Positions 35,439-47,775 of a stretch of 64,000 nt of DNA are shown one piece after another. The notes under the pieces were generated by a model that was given only the letters and a program-made list of their open reading frames with translations, had not been told where the DNA came from and ran no database searches. The translations under genes and the position numbers were made by a program. Every line of letters starts with the position of its first letter. The first letter of the stretch is position 1. Where the stretch lies: the NCBI GenBank assembly GCA_964035575.1, contig OZ037840.1, positions 992,001 through 1,056,000 on the forward strand, in the 5' to 3' direction. Source of the stretch: Rhynchopus sp. YZ270_cl-10 (taxonomy: Eukaryota).

Positions 35439-37564
35439 CATACAAGTAAAACGGCCGTCACGACGGGAAATTTTTTTTTTTGTCGGGGAGGTCACGGCCG
35501 TGAAGAAAATCTGAAAAATTTAACGGCCGTGAAATTTTGCATTGATCACGGCCGTGAAATATTTCCACGCTTTTTGCTTGTTTCTTCTTTTTCATTCGTA
35601 GACAGGGCCAACCCCCTTTCCCATCCCTCCCAAGTCATTCTTGGGGGGGTAAAAGCAACATAAAAAATGCAAAAAAAATCGGCCCCACTGCGATCGGGAA
35701 GCTGACGACACGAATGAGCACTTATGGTGGTCCTGCCCTGCCTGCGATGCTATACGCTCAGATCCTAGTTTCCACTTCGTCACAACTGCTGACAGGTCGC
35801 CGTGGCCCAGCTGCGTGTCGAACTGTGGAGTTATCCCTACTGCCCTGAAGGACAGTATTGATGCTACCTCCAGCGTCTGATGGGGAGCATCCTCATACAC
35901 CGGTTGTCTCTGAACAACAGCCTCCGTATCAACAATCTGCCACTCACGCCTGGAGAACAGCTCAGCTGCAACCTTTGTTCCGCCCCACTATGACTTCGAC
36001 CGGATTCCACTCTCACAGGAAATGGACTTATCCAAACCATCACCTGCGTGCCTGCGCTCCTGGCTCTCCTCACTGCGCTGGTCTCCCGCTGCCCGCCCAG
36101 GTTTTCACCCTACTGTTAATTGTAGTTGGAGCGTGTGGCATTTCTGAGCACTTGTACGTGCTCCCGGTTCTTCAGAGTGGCATATTTCTCGTGTTTCAGC
36201 ACTTGTAACCGGTTCTTGAGCAAAGTACTCTTCTCATATTTGATCATAAATTGATGGGCTTTCAGTTGTGGAGCACACATCAATACCGTGAGACGAACCT
36301 CATCTGTGTTGAACCATTTGCGGTGTTCTTCAGCTTCCAGTGCAAAATCTTCCGACAGAATCAGCACACCATTGAACAACTATCCTCCGTCTTTTTTGTC
36401 GGAAAATAGACTGCATCACGTTTTGCACACCTCTGGATCTTCTTCGCTACGTTGGCGAGATACGCGCAGAGGGAGGGGTCCACCCTTTTGCTCCCGTGAA
36501 CTTGTACTGTTTGCCCGATGTTTTCTTTGGCACAAGAGTGATGAACGGGGTTGAGTGAGTCCACACGCATCCTTCTCGGGCAAAGAGTAATAAGAGGTTG
36601 TGAGACGCTTGGGACGCTGCGAATTCAGTATGCAGAACTGGAAGGCAGTGTTGAAACCAGAAGATTACAGATTGTACTGTGTACTGTGTACTGTGTACTG
36701 TGTACTGTGTACTGTGTACTGTGTACTGTGTACTGTGTACTGTGTACTGTGTACTGTGTACTGTGTACTGTGTACTGTGTACTGTGTACTGTGTACTGTG
36801 TACTGTGTACTGTGTACTGTGTACTGTGTACTGTGTACTGTGTACTGTGTACTGTGTACTGTGTACTGTGTACTGTGTACTGTGTACTGTGTACTGTGTA
36901 CTGTGTACTGTGTACTGTGTACTGTGTACTGTGTACTGTGTACTGTGTACTGTGTACTGTGTACTGTGTACTGTGTACTGTGTACTGTGTACTGTGTACT
37001 GTGTACTGTGTACTGTGTACTGTGTACTGTGTACTGTGTACTGTGTACTGTGTACTGTGTACTGTGTACTGTGTACTGTGTACTGTGTACTGTGTACTGT
37101 GTACTGTGTACTGTGTACTGTGTACTGTGTACTGTGTACTGTGTACTGTGTACTGTGTACTGTGTACTGTGTACTGTGTACTGTGTACTGTGTACTGTGT
37201 ACTGTGTACTGTGTACTGTGTACTGTGTACTGTGTACTGTGTACTGTGTACTGTGTACTGTGTACTGTGTACTGTGTACTGTGTACTGTGTACTGTGTAC
37301 TGTGTACTGTGTACTGTGTACTGTGTACTGTGTACTGTGTACTGTGTACTGTGTACTGTGTACTGTGTACCGTGTACCGTGTGTTCCTTCAAAGACCTGT
37401 ACAAAAATTTCACGGCCGTTGTTTTTTTTTTAACGGCCGTGAAATTTTTGTACATAAGAAAGGCGCTTTTTTTTCACGGCCGTTTTTTTTTATTTTTCAC
37501 GGCAACGACGGCAGTGGGTCGAGCATTTTTTTTTCATTTCCGTGACGTCCGTTTTACTTGTATG
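35439..37564. mobile_element. Non-autonomous CATAC-terminal element, 6-bp TSD ATGACA
   Basis: CATACAAGTAAAACGG(C/A)CGTCACG / CGTGACGTCCGTTTTACTTGTATG; ATGACA at 35433-35438 and 37565-37570; subterminal CACGGCCGTGAA repeats. Confidence 0.85.
36673..37370. repeat. (CTGTGTA)n 7-bp satellite, = (CAGTACA)n on the minus strand
   Basis: About 100 perfect units. Confidence 0.97.
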
Positions 37565-37855
37565 ATGACAAATAAAAAAACTATTCAATAAAACGCCTCC
37601 ACCCCCTATTACACCTTTCCGTTTCATTTCTCTCAAAAAAAATGTCTTTTTGACCTCAAAGAGGTTTCCTCTTGGCCAAGGTACTCAGTGGGAATAAAAA
37701 ATATCGCCACAGAATATTTATTACACACTTTTCAAAGCAGTTTTTTTTTTTGTACCTTAGACGCTTTGTTATTACCTTCTATTCAGTAAGAAATGAAATG
37801 AAATAATTTTGCCTCAACACCTTTCCCCCTACCCTCCTACCAGAGTACACAGCAC

Positions 37856-40040
37856 ATGACAATGAGGGGAGGGGGTGCTGCCGGCACCCCACTGCTGCCT
37901 CTGAATAAGGCGGGTGGTACCCCATGCGATGCACCATGCGGTGCACCATGGGGGGACGTCGCCCACGCATTGGAAGGGAACGACGCGTTGGGTCTCTTCC
38001 GCGTTGTGGCGGCCGCAGTGCAGGAGACAACAGACCCCGCAGACCGTGGGCGGGTCTATTCCTGTATATCAGCTGCGCTGGGGGAGAATGAGACCAGGCA
38101 ATACAAAGTATGCCCGGAAATGCGCGCCCAGCATGCTTCCCTGCACAGTCATGCTACCTTCCGAGAGGTCTTCCTCGCAACCGGCGCATTAGAAATGGTC
38201 ATCGCAAAAGAGTTGGGGAGCACCGAGGTTGCCACAGGGCTGCAAGAAGTGGTGGGAAGATGTCTCTGCACAGACTCTGCTGTGACACAGCATTTAATGA
38301 CTACAGCACGGAATGCTACTGCAGAATTACCGGCACAGTCAGGGGTGCACAAGGTTTTGATCGATGCGGTCACTCAAAGTTTTGCGCTTTTCACCATTTG
38401 CCCTGAAAATGAACGCGCCGCTGCGAAAGCCAAAGCCGACCTCCGATCCCAACAACAACGCCTTGAAACATTCTCCCCAGAACCGATAGAGGCACAACTC
38501 GAACCCCCTCTTTCCGACCATTTCAGTGCGGTCCGCCTCTCCCGACAGAGGCTTAATGTGATAAAGGAGCAAAATCGGTATATCGATGTGGTCGCACAAC
38601 GACGTTTACAAGGACCCGCTGTGAAAGCCTCGTGGGAGTTGTGGGGGAGCACCGTGAGGTCGTTACTCAGTTGTCTTGATGCGCAAGAGATGGAGCTGAA
38701 GGGGACGCACGCTGCAGTTAATGTGGAGGTGGGGGGAGGTTCGGGGGAGATAGTGACGCAGTTCAAAGAACGTTCGCAGGAGCAGCTGCGTGGGATAGAA
38801 AGCAAAAAGGCGGACCTTCGAAAGGAGCTGGAAACGCTGTCGGCAGAGGAGTGCAAGCTGAAGCAGGAGATCTCGGAGTTTGAGCAGATCCGGGTAGACA
38901 TCGAGCGAAGGGAGGCTGATATGAAGCGTGCAGTGGAAGAAAAGAACGAACAGATCCAGAGGGCGGAGGAGCTGTGCAGGCGGGAGCGGGCCAGGGTTGA
39001 GAATGTATGTGTTGGTTCATATCAGGTAGTGGAGTTGGTATAGACTAATAATAGTGAGTTTGTATGGGGGGATACGGAAAATTCAAATAAAAATTGACAG
39101 TAGAGATTGCACAACTGTGGCAACACAAACCGAGGCAACTACACTGCTCCAACAATGTATCATAAAAATAAAATCCCCACATTGCACACACAGGTGTACA
39201 ACTTTGTGAAACTCTCTCACAACGTGGCGCAGAAGGTGGTCGCAAACAACAAGAGCAAAGGCACGGAGGCCAAGCAGAAGACGTGCCTCTCCTTCTTTGA
39301 GACTGCAGGGCCGCATCTGCAGAAGTCGCTTGATTTTATGTGCAACGTAAAACGACAAGTTGAGGTATGTCGGCACAGCTTTTCTTTTTATACACCAAAC
39401 ATTGTCAAATATCGACAGAAGGAGCCTGCAAATTGTATTTTCATGCAGTATTTATTTCCAGTGTCTGTGTCCACCGATGCAGTTTTCAACTTCTCTTTGC
39501 TTCACATCACCTTCACATCACCTTCACATCACCTTCACTCATTTGCGAAAAAAACACAACAAATTCGAACGAAAAACAAAAATCAACACTGAAACACCCG
39601 CTTTTTTCACAATACAGGAATACAGCAGAACCGTTACCGAAGGGGAAATCTCTCTCGCAGCATTGTCACAGGAGAAGCCAGGTTTGATGACTGCCGTCGA
39701 CGCAGCGCACACTGTGCTGCGTGGTGTTGTGGATATTGAGCAAGACCTGAAGGCTTTCGAACGAGACGTTACCACTGCGAGCGTCGTGCAGGGGCAGGTG
39801 CGCGATGTGGCACAGCGTCTGGTGCAGACACTGCAGGGGGTACGTCTGGTCAAGGAACAGATCCAACTAATATCCCCCGCCTTCCTCCAAAGCTCTGACA
39901 GCGAGACCAACACCCAGCCCCGCACCCCCGAGGGCCCCTGCGACACCGCCACCTCCGGCATCTCCCCAACCAGCGAAGAGGGATCTAACTCTAGCTTTCG
40001 ACATCTCTCCACGGGGGCGACCAGCGGTGGGTCTTTTTGA
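37856..40040 (+). CDS. Hypothetical coiled-coil protein, 3 exons (37856-39004, 39194-39364, 39618-40040), about 580 aa
   Basis: Heptad-rich E/K/R/Q segment; two phase-0 GTATGT...CAG introns join three ORFs in frame. Confidence 0.7.
39096..39162 (+). repeat. Family A short repeat copy (intronic)
   Basis: Matches 5021-5089; lies in intron 39005-39193. Confidence 0.8.
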
Positions 40041-41729
40041 AGGGGATAAAAAAGGGGGAGGGGAGGGGACGCACAGCAGAGAATAAGACTCAGGGACCGG
40101 GGGGGACCCGGCTTATTCTCTGCTGTGAGGGGAGGGAGGGGGAGGGAGGGATTTTTTGTTTCGGATTTTTCTGATTTTCTGATATATGATAGGAGTGGTG
40201 TGCACTACAGATGATCAAAAAGGGTTGATGGGGGGAGAGAGAGAGAGCATTTACCCAGCATTTTTGGACCCCTATTCTGTGAAGGGGAAAATGGCAAAGA
40301 AGGAAGTGGAGGCATGGGAAAGGACGTAGTAAATAGAAAGCAACCCAATGGTTTCTGTTCAAAGATTTTTTTTTTGAGGTGAAAAAAGCGCAGTGAGCCT
40401 TTGGATTTTACCAAATTTCCTCTTTTTTTTGTGGAAAAACTGGCTGTACTGTGAGTGTAAACATCCGAGGATGAGCTGCACAGTACTACTATATACCCTT
40501 TTTTTTTTTGTGTGTCCATTCTTTTTTCTGTGCTGTGTGTTTGCCTCTTCCCCAAAATGAGGTGAAAAAAAACACACGTTTTTTTTTTTTTTGCGTTTTT
40601 TTTTTTTTTTTTTTTTGATTTTTCTTTTCAAGGTGGAAGGTGTGTGTGCACGAGAGGCACCATCTTCAAGATTTTTTTTCTTCGTTTTTTTGTCGTGTTT
40701 CGATAACACTGGACGTGTCTTGTGTCTCAGAGGCGTTTTGCAATATCAACCTTTTTTACATTTTTTTTGTCCAATTTTCCTGCGAGGGAAAAAAAAATAA
40801 CAGGTGTTTGGAGACAGCGACATAGTGCCTGTATCTGAGAGCTGTGTTCTGAAGATTATGAATCGGTGTCTTTTTGTTTTATTTTATTTTGTTTTAGAAG
40901 ATTACCTGCAGTGTAGGCAGGTTTAGTGCTCTTTTTGCCATGCTTTTCCTAGACGTGAGAAACATTAAGAATTTTAAAAATAAAGAACCGGAAGAATAAA
41001 AGAAAAAAGACAAAATAGACAGAACACCTTCATCTACAATCGTGTTTTGCATGAAAAGGTGTCGAGCGCTGCACCAGGTACCCTTCTTATACCCCACCAA
41101 TTACAAAACCCCCCCCCTGCCTCCCGCCTCCTGCCTCCCGCTTAGTTTTAGACAAAGAAACAAAAAAAAAAATTCCTGATGAAGGGAAAAAGAAAAGATT
41201 AGGCAGCATGCTCCTTTTTTTTCCAACCCCCCACCCATTCCCCACCACGGACCAAGTCGGGCGCCTGCAGGTGGGGTCGACCGTCGGAACGACATGTGTT
41301 GTAAGCGTATTTTAGGCCTCAAAGAGGTTTCCTCTTCACGGCCAAGGTACTCAGTGGGAAGCGTTTTGCAATAATAAGAGTATCGCTACAGAATATTTAT
41401 TTCACACTTTACGCACAAACAAACCCTGAGGAAAGACCATATTACACAGCTGTCGGATCAGCTGTCGTGATTTCACCTGTCGAAACTACTTAGGTGATGA
41501 TACATGAGTTTATCGGGACAAGTCTAGCTTCGGCGAAACAGCCACCTTCCAAGTTCACATCCAGACTCCATATCTCCACCAAATTAATTCAAAAAAAGAG
41601 ATATTTTTTTGAAAATTTCACCACAGGAATAACCTTTTTCCACCACACATTTCATTTTTCCCTCAACTCAAATACCCCTCCTAATTCCTCCTCTTCCTCC
41701 TCCTCCTCCCTCTCCCCCATCTTTCCACA

Positions 41730-43820
41730 ATGCCGCGTTGGCCCTGCCTGCCACGCCTTGAGCGCATCCTCACCCTCGACGGCACCTTAGATAAGCGAGC
41801 GCGCCAGAGGCAGGAGTTGTTCCTGTGGATAAATGCTGCGGTGCTGTTGTGGATGTTGGTGTCGTTCGCGGTGGTGGTGCGCTGGACGCCTGTTGTGCCT
41901 GCCAGGCTGGGACGGCGGATCGCGATAGTTCTCACTTCCGTGGCGGGGGTGTCGACGGTGCTGTGCAGACGCATCGTCACGGCACGCAATGTAATGCTAA
42001 CTGGCTGCGCATATGGGGTGTGTATCTTGGTAGTGGACCTCAACGCACGCACGCATGGGTCGACTGCCTGGGCTTCTCTGGTGCTTGTTGTGGACTATCT
42101 GCTTGTGATGCAAATGGAGGAACGTTTGACGCTCTGCTTCGTCGTCGCGGTGGTGCTGTGGTTGATCTTGATGGGCATGGAAGAGCAGTATCGATTTGGG
42201 ATGTTGGATGTGCCAGGGTTGTTTCCGCAGAAAGGTGAGCAGAGTAGGTGGCAGCATTACCACGATGCGTCGGACTGTGAGAAACTGCCCTGTGCAAAGC
42301 AGGATCTGGCGAAAGTGCTCTTCGCCATCGCGATTTTCGTGATAGATTTTCTTGCAACCAGAGGCTTCGCTCGGAGAATCCTGAAGGAGCAGGCAGCAAT
42401 GGGGAGAACGGTCAGTGTGGTGCAGGAGATTGCGAGTCTGCTTGCCAAGTACGACGTGGAGGGTGTGGCGGAGATGCTGAAGGTGCAAAGGGACGAGCTC
42501 CCAGAGGAGATGCACGCAACACTGCAGAGGATGGAGGAGAACCTGCGGAAGTACCGTCCCTACCTCCCCGCAGCGCTGTTTGAGGAGGAGGGTGGTGCGC
42601 CAAGCGCGTCTGTGCCGCCACCTGTGCTTGAGAACGACGTGGGAACGATTGTCTTTACAGACATCCGTTCGTCGACGTCGATCTGGGAGTGTGCGCCAGA
42701 AGGGATGCGTGCTGGGCTGAAGATCCACAACGCTGTGATGCGTGAGGTGATGCAGGTGTTTGGTGGGTACGAAGTGAAGACAATCGGCGACGCCTTCATG
42801 GTTGCCTTCGCAACAACAGCTGACGGTGTGAACTTTGGCCTGCAGGTGCAGGAGTACCTTCGTGAAGCACACTGGCCTGCGTCGCTGCTTGAGGAGGCAC
42901 CGATCTGTGCTGAACAGGGACCACTTTGGGGTGGACTGACTGTGCGCATTGGTGTCAACACTGGCACTGTGACTGTGGAGCAGAACACACTGACGGGACG
43001 GACAGACTACTTCGGACACACGGTGAACGTTGCTGCGCGTCTTGAGAGCACATGCACGCCAGGAGCTGTGGCTGTGCCCTCGGACCTGTGGACTTCTGTC
43101 TGTGGGTTGTGCAGTGCTGTTGCTGGTGAGGCTGAAGCACTTGCCTTGAAGGGTGTGTCACAGCCAATGCGTGTGCGTTGCTTGTGGCCCGTCTCACTTG
43201 CAGGCAGGCGTGAGACGCGCCTGCGCGAGCCTAGCGACGTGAGGGGCGGGAATGTTCTTGAGTCTGAATCAGAGAGGTGCTCCACACACAGCTACTCACT
43301 GAGCTCCTCCGCCTCGTTGTTCCCTACGCTGGCCGATGCCACTGCCACTGTGGGCATTGTGGACATCGCTGTCGGGGAGAGCAGACACACTGCACTGCAT
43401 GCACTCAACGCAGGGCTCGCGACACTCATGATTGCACTGGACCAGAGCGGCGGGATGCTGGTGACGCTGCTTGGGAGCTCTGTCTGTGTCGGGTGGAACC
43501 TTGCCCGCTCTGCACCGTCACACATGGAGAACGCAATCCGGTTTGCACAACGCATCTTGGCGACGACAAATCTGTGTGGGGCTGGGATTGTGAGCGGCCC
43601 TGTGCAGCACGGGGATGTGGGTGCACGGCAGCAACGCTTTGTGACAGTCATGGGACGGACTGTGCGTCGGAGCTGGGCGCTGTGCGAGGAGGCGATGGCA
43701 GGTGACGGGGGTGTGTGCCTGTTCGAGCCTCCTGAAGGGGCCGTCCTGCCTTATTCCCTTGACCACGTTCTCGTGCGCGCTCACGACTACGTATACACGA
43801 TCGTTGCCACCCAAACCTGA
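41730..43820 (+). CDS. Membrane-bound class III adenylate cyclase, copy 1
   Basis: N-terminal multi-TM region, coiled linker, catalytic motifs VFTDI, YEVKTIGDAFM, RIGVNTG, DYFGHTVNVAARLES (K and D indicate ATP specificity); degenerate cyclase-like C-terminal segment. Confidence 0.9.
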   Translation: MPRWPCLPRLERILTLDGTLDKRARQRQELFLWINAAVLLWMLVSFAVVVRWTPVVPARLGRRIAIVLTSVAGVSTVLCRRIVTARNVMLTGCAYGVCILVVDLNARTHGSTAWASLVLVVDYLLVMQMEERLTLCFVVAVVLWLILMGMEEQYRFGMLDVPGLFPQKGEQSRWQHYHDASDCEKLPCAKQDLAKVLFAIAIFVIDFLATRGFARRILKEQAAMGRTVSVVQEIASLLAKYDVEGVAEMLKVQRDELPEEMHATLQRMEENLRKYRPYLPAALFEEEGGAPSASVPPPVLENDVGTIVFTDIRSSTSIWECAPEGMRAGLKIHNAVMREVMQVFGGYEVKTIGDAFMVAFATTADGVNFGLQVQEYLREAHWPASLLEEAPICAEQGPLWGGLTVRIGVNTGTVTVEQNTLTGRTDYFGHTVNVAARLESTCTPGAVAVPSDLWTSVCGLCSAVAGEAEALALKGVSQPMRVRCLWPVSLAGRRETRLREPSDVRGGNVLESESERCSTHSYSLSSSASLFPTLADATATVGIVDIAVGESRHTALHALNAGLATLMIALDQSGGMLVTLLGSSVCVGWNLARSAPSHMENAIRFAQRILATTNLCGAGIVSGPVQHGDVGARQQRFVTVMGRTVRRSWALCEEAMAGDGGVCLFEPPEGAVLPYSLDHVLVRAHDYVYTIVATQT

Positions 43821-44252
43821 AGCACACACACCACTGCCCCAATTTTAATTTTTTGCGCAACAACGGCGCTTTGGAAATTAGAGGATGGAATGGTGTGTAT
43901 ACACGTTTCCACGTATACAGTAACAACAACAAACACCGGTGGGGTAAAGACTATGGTGGATTTTGGGATTTCAAAACTCTAAGAGGGTTTTTACCCCACC
44001 GATGTTTGTTGTCTTACTGAAATTATTCAGATAAATACTCTCAATTCTGTTTTGTTTTCGTTTTTTTTGGGGGGAGGGTCCAATCTAATCATTTTTTGTG
44101 TCAAATAGTTTGTGCAGGTTTTTATTATTTCTTCTAGGTCAAAACGCAGTTGACAGGGGGGAAATGCTACGGTCGCTTTATCTGTTTTCACCCTCATTTG
44201 TGCTCCTCTCTTCCCACATCACTTTCTGTACTTCAGAACTTTCACTTTATTA

Positions 44253-47200
44253 CATAGGGTGAAAACGATCGTTTTTTTTTTTTTTTTTTTTTTACGAATC
44301 TGGGAAAAAGTGATCGGTCTTTTTTTTTTTTTTTTTTTTTCTTCACGATCGTGAAAAAAAAGCACCTTTTTCTTCACGATCGTGAAGGAAAAAAAAAAAC
44401 GATCGTTTTTTTTTTCCCATATTATGTCGTTGATCGCTGGCCCACACCAGGGAGGGAGCCCCCACAGGTGCCCACAACCCCCCTGAAATCGGCCGAGAGT
44501 AACTTTTAGCGGTGTTTTGACGTAAAATGTCACCTTTTTTGCCATTTTTGGGGTGTACTTTTCTGGAACAAAATTCGCAAAACCCGAAATACGAATCGTA
44601 AAAAATCGCGACATTCTATGACATGCGTATACCATGAAGCAGCACGTCACGGCATGGCATGTAACATGCACATGTAATATCGCCAAAAACCTAGTCGTAG
44701 TAACATCATCACTGTGCAAACCCCTGTCCATCCAATACAATTCACACTCTTTGTGGGTGGTCTTGCTGCCTTTTTGCCACAGTAATTTTTGGCCCGGCAG
44801 GCATGCTCTTGAAGCATGGCAATTTAGTGTGTATGGGGCAGGGTGTTGTTTTGTTCTGAATTCCCTTTGTTACAATATCTATCCAATCGCGAGTGGTTGT
44901 ATGTGTATCGTGAGACACTCTTTTTAACCCTTTACGGACCAAGAGGACATTTATGCCCATTGTGGCGGGGGATGCGGCGTTCAACACCAGGCCAAGTTGG
45001 CCAAAAGCCCAACTTTTGTACTGTCCAACCTCTGTACAATTACGGTATATTTCGTTGGCTGGTGGTCTGAAGAGTGATCTGACCATATTCTCCAGGTATA
45101 ACAAATGCCCAAATAATGCATTGGCGAAGGAATTTTGCACTTTTGACCATCACACATTACTTGTATTTTTACCGGTTTTTTAATGAGTACAACCTATGTC
45201 AGAGCACGCTGTCCCACAGATTTTAGAATTTGGGGGGGTCACGCAACAGGGATTACGCAGCTCCCCATACTTATCGCTAAATATGCCGTTTTCCCCGAAA
45301 AATTTTAGAATTCCACGCCCAATTTCTTTCTTTTTGGCAAAAAAAAATTTTTCGCGCTTCGCGCGAAAAAGGTCCTCAGAAGCTCAATTCCGGAAACAAA
45401 TACGGGGGGAGCGACGTTTTCCAACTCCTCCGCCATCAGCAGGAACACCTCCGTTTTCTCTTGAATCTGGGACGCTTGTTGCTGAGAAACAGGGCAACAG
45501 CGCGTTCAAGCATATTCCCCATCTTTTCAGTGTTAAACTCGTGGCGAAGCCACGGTACGCAACATTTCTAAAAATTGCGCTTAAAATTGCCTACTATGTC
45601 GCGGGAAGGGTGGGTTGAAAGCTCGCGCCGCAGTGCATCTTCCTTTTCCGGTAAAATAGAAGAAAATTGTCTTCTAAAAATAGAATTCTGTGGGGGGTAG
45701 GTGAGAGGTGGGCGGAGCCCCCACTCCTCCACCCCAGCCTCAATCCAAAACCCTGTATTTTTTTTTTTTTGGTATTTTTTGAGCTGAGATTTTCAAAAAA
45801 TACCAAAAATACCAGGGTCAACCGCTGTGATGCTCATTGTTTAGAACACAGGGCTATTTCTAAATATGGGGTCCGGAGTCCAAAATCCAATCCGGGACAC
45901 AATTTTGGCAGATTTATTTTGGGCCAAAAACGTCTTTATTTACATTTTTGGGATTCGCCCGTGCAGTGGTGGGGTCAATCTCGAAAATTGGATTTTTTGA
46001 CCACTTAAATTTTGAGAAATATGAGCCCGGTCACTTATACGTGGGCCCATTTTCGGCTAAAATTTTCCTCAAAATCCGGGTTTGTAAAATTGACCCTTCT
46101 GTGAAGGAAGGTTGTGGAAAAGGGTCCTTATTTGCATTTTTGGAAGCCGCCCGTGCAGTGGTGGGGTCAATTTGCAGAATTGGGCAAGTTCTTGCAAGAC
46201 AACGGGTAATGTTTGTTAGCTCTAAGGAGGGAAGGGGAGCGTTTGTAGCTCACACAGCACCCCAAACCCTGGCCTCTCTGTCCACAGCACACAGCTCTTC
46301 CCCTGAGTTCCATTTGTGCCTCAACATGCTGAGCGCATCTTCAGTACGATGGGTGGATGAGCGAGAAGAGGCGCAACTGGCTAGTTGCACCAAAGCTGCA
46401 CAAGCTTGTGGTCGTAGCACGCAGTTTGCGCGAGAGCAAGCCGCCACAAGAGAATGGTTGGTGGGATGAGGAGAAGCTGGTGCAGGAGGAGAAGGAGCGT
46501 GCGGGAGCTATATTGACTGCGACGCGACAGCTGAGGACCCCAAGGTTGATGATGATGCTGAGCATCACGACTCTGACATCAGTGAAGGCTCTTGGGACTA
46601 AACGCATACAGTCTTGTCCGTACCCATTTCTCCCACACAAGTCACCACCCCCTTGTGACTTGCCTGTAACAGTGGAAACGTTTCCCTCCCAGCCGCAAAC
46701 CCGTTCAGTGTATCGTGAGCCACTGCAGTGACCCACTCACGCTCGACCCTGTCCCTCCTTGTAAACAGTTCGCCTTCTCCTACGTTGTGCTAAGGAAAAC
46801 CAAAAAACATGCTCAAAAATGATGGGCACGGGGGTCAGACTCCACTTCTGACCACTTAAAATTAGGTCATACACGTGTTATACCCCAAACTGACCAAGAA
46901 ATTTTCCCAGTGTTCGATGGTGATCGAATTAAATCGGTGGTAAAAAGTGAAAAATGGGGCATGCCAGGCCCACGTCAATCAGCCTAAAAATGTTGCAACT
47001 TTAAACGCGCGTCTCTCCCGTACACCAATATACACTTTTTAACACATACAGTACAGCAAGGGAAAACCAAGGGATTTTACCCTGTGTTCTCCTTGTTACG
47101 GCTGCACTAACCTAATCATCAAAACTGCTCGATTTTGGCTTTATCTAAAAGATCGACATCAATTCTTACGAAATATAATTTATTTTACGATTTTGAGTAG

Positions 47201-47775
47201 AATTCTGTTTGCAGGGCGAAGTCACGAGGCAGGGGGTGATTTTGGGGGTGAGCGCCAAAAAAAGTCCTTTTCCTAGGGTTGACCCACCTCCCTCCAGCAT
47301 CCAACGATATGACATTTTCACGAAAGTTGTCGATTCTTGCCTTATTATTGTCACACAGAAAAAAAATGTTTTTACGAAAATGAGTAGAACCCCATTACCC
47401 CTACCAACGTGTGGCATTCGTGCGCCACTATAGTGGCACTTGCCATGGGTAAAAACGGTTTTCTGGTTTTAGTGCCTCGCTGGCGACATCCGTTGGGGGG
47501 GATTCTGGTGTGAGAATGTTCTCGATTTTTGCTTTATTTGAAAGATTCGCCACAAAATCGTTTCAAGGAAAAGAGTCGGTCAAAAATTCCAAGTAGAACC
47601 CAGAAACTCTCCCTTGCCACCCATTTCACGCCCATGCCCCTTGTACTACTAGGGGAAAAAAAAAAAACGATCGTGAAAAAAAAAAACTATCGTGAAAAAA
47701 AAAAAAAAAATGTCAAGATCTTGAAAAAAAGTTCAAGATCTTGAAAAAAACCGTCACGATCGTTCTCACACTATG
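44253..47775. mobile_element. Non-autonomous CATAG-terminal element (3.5 kb), 6-bp TSD TTATTA
   Basis: CATAGGGTGAAAACGATCGT / ACGATCGTTCTCACACTATG; TTATTA at 44247-44252 and 47776-47781; subterminal CACGATCGTGAA repeats. Confidence 0.82.

Noticed and set aside
44222..44252. Spliced-leader-like TTTCTGTACTT
   Set aside because: Only an 11-nt match to the euglenozoan spliced leader as I recall it, with no following GTATG donor or 5' part.
44922..44945. piggyBac-like end TTAACCCTTT
   Set aside because: No matching right end found.
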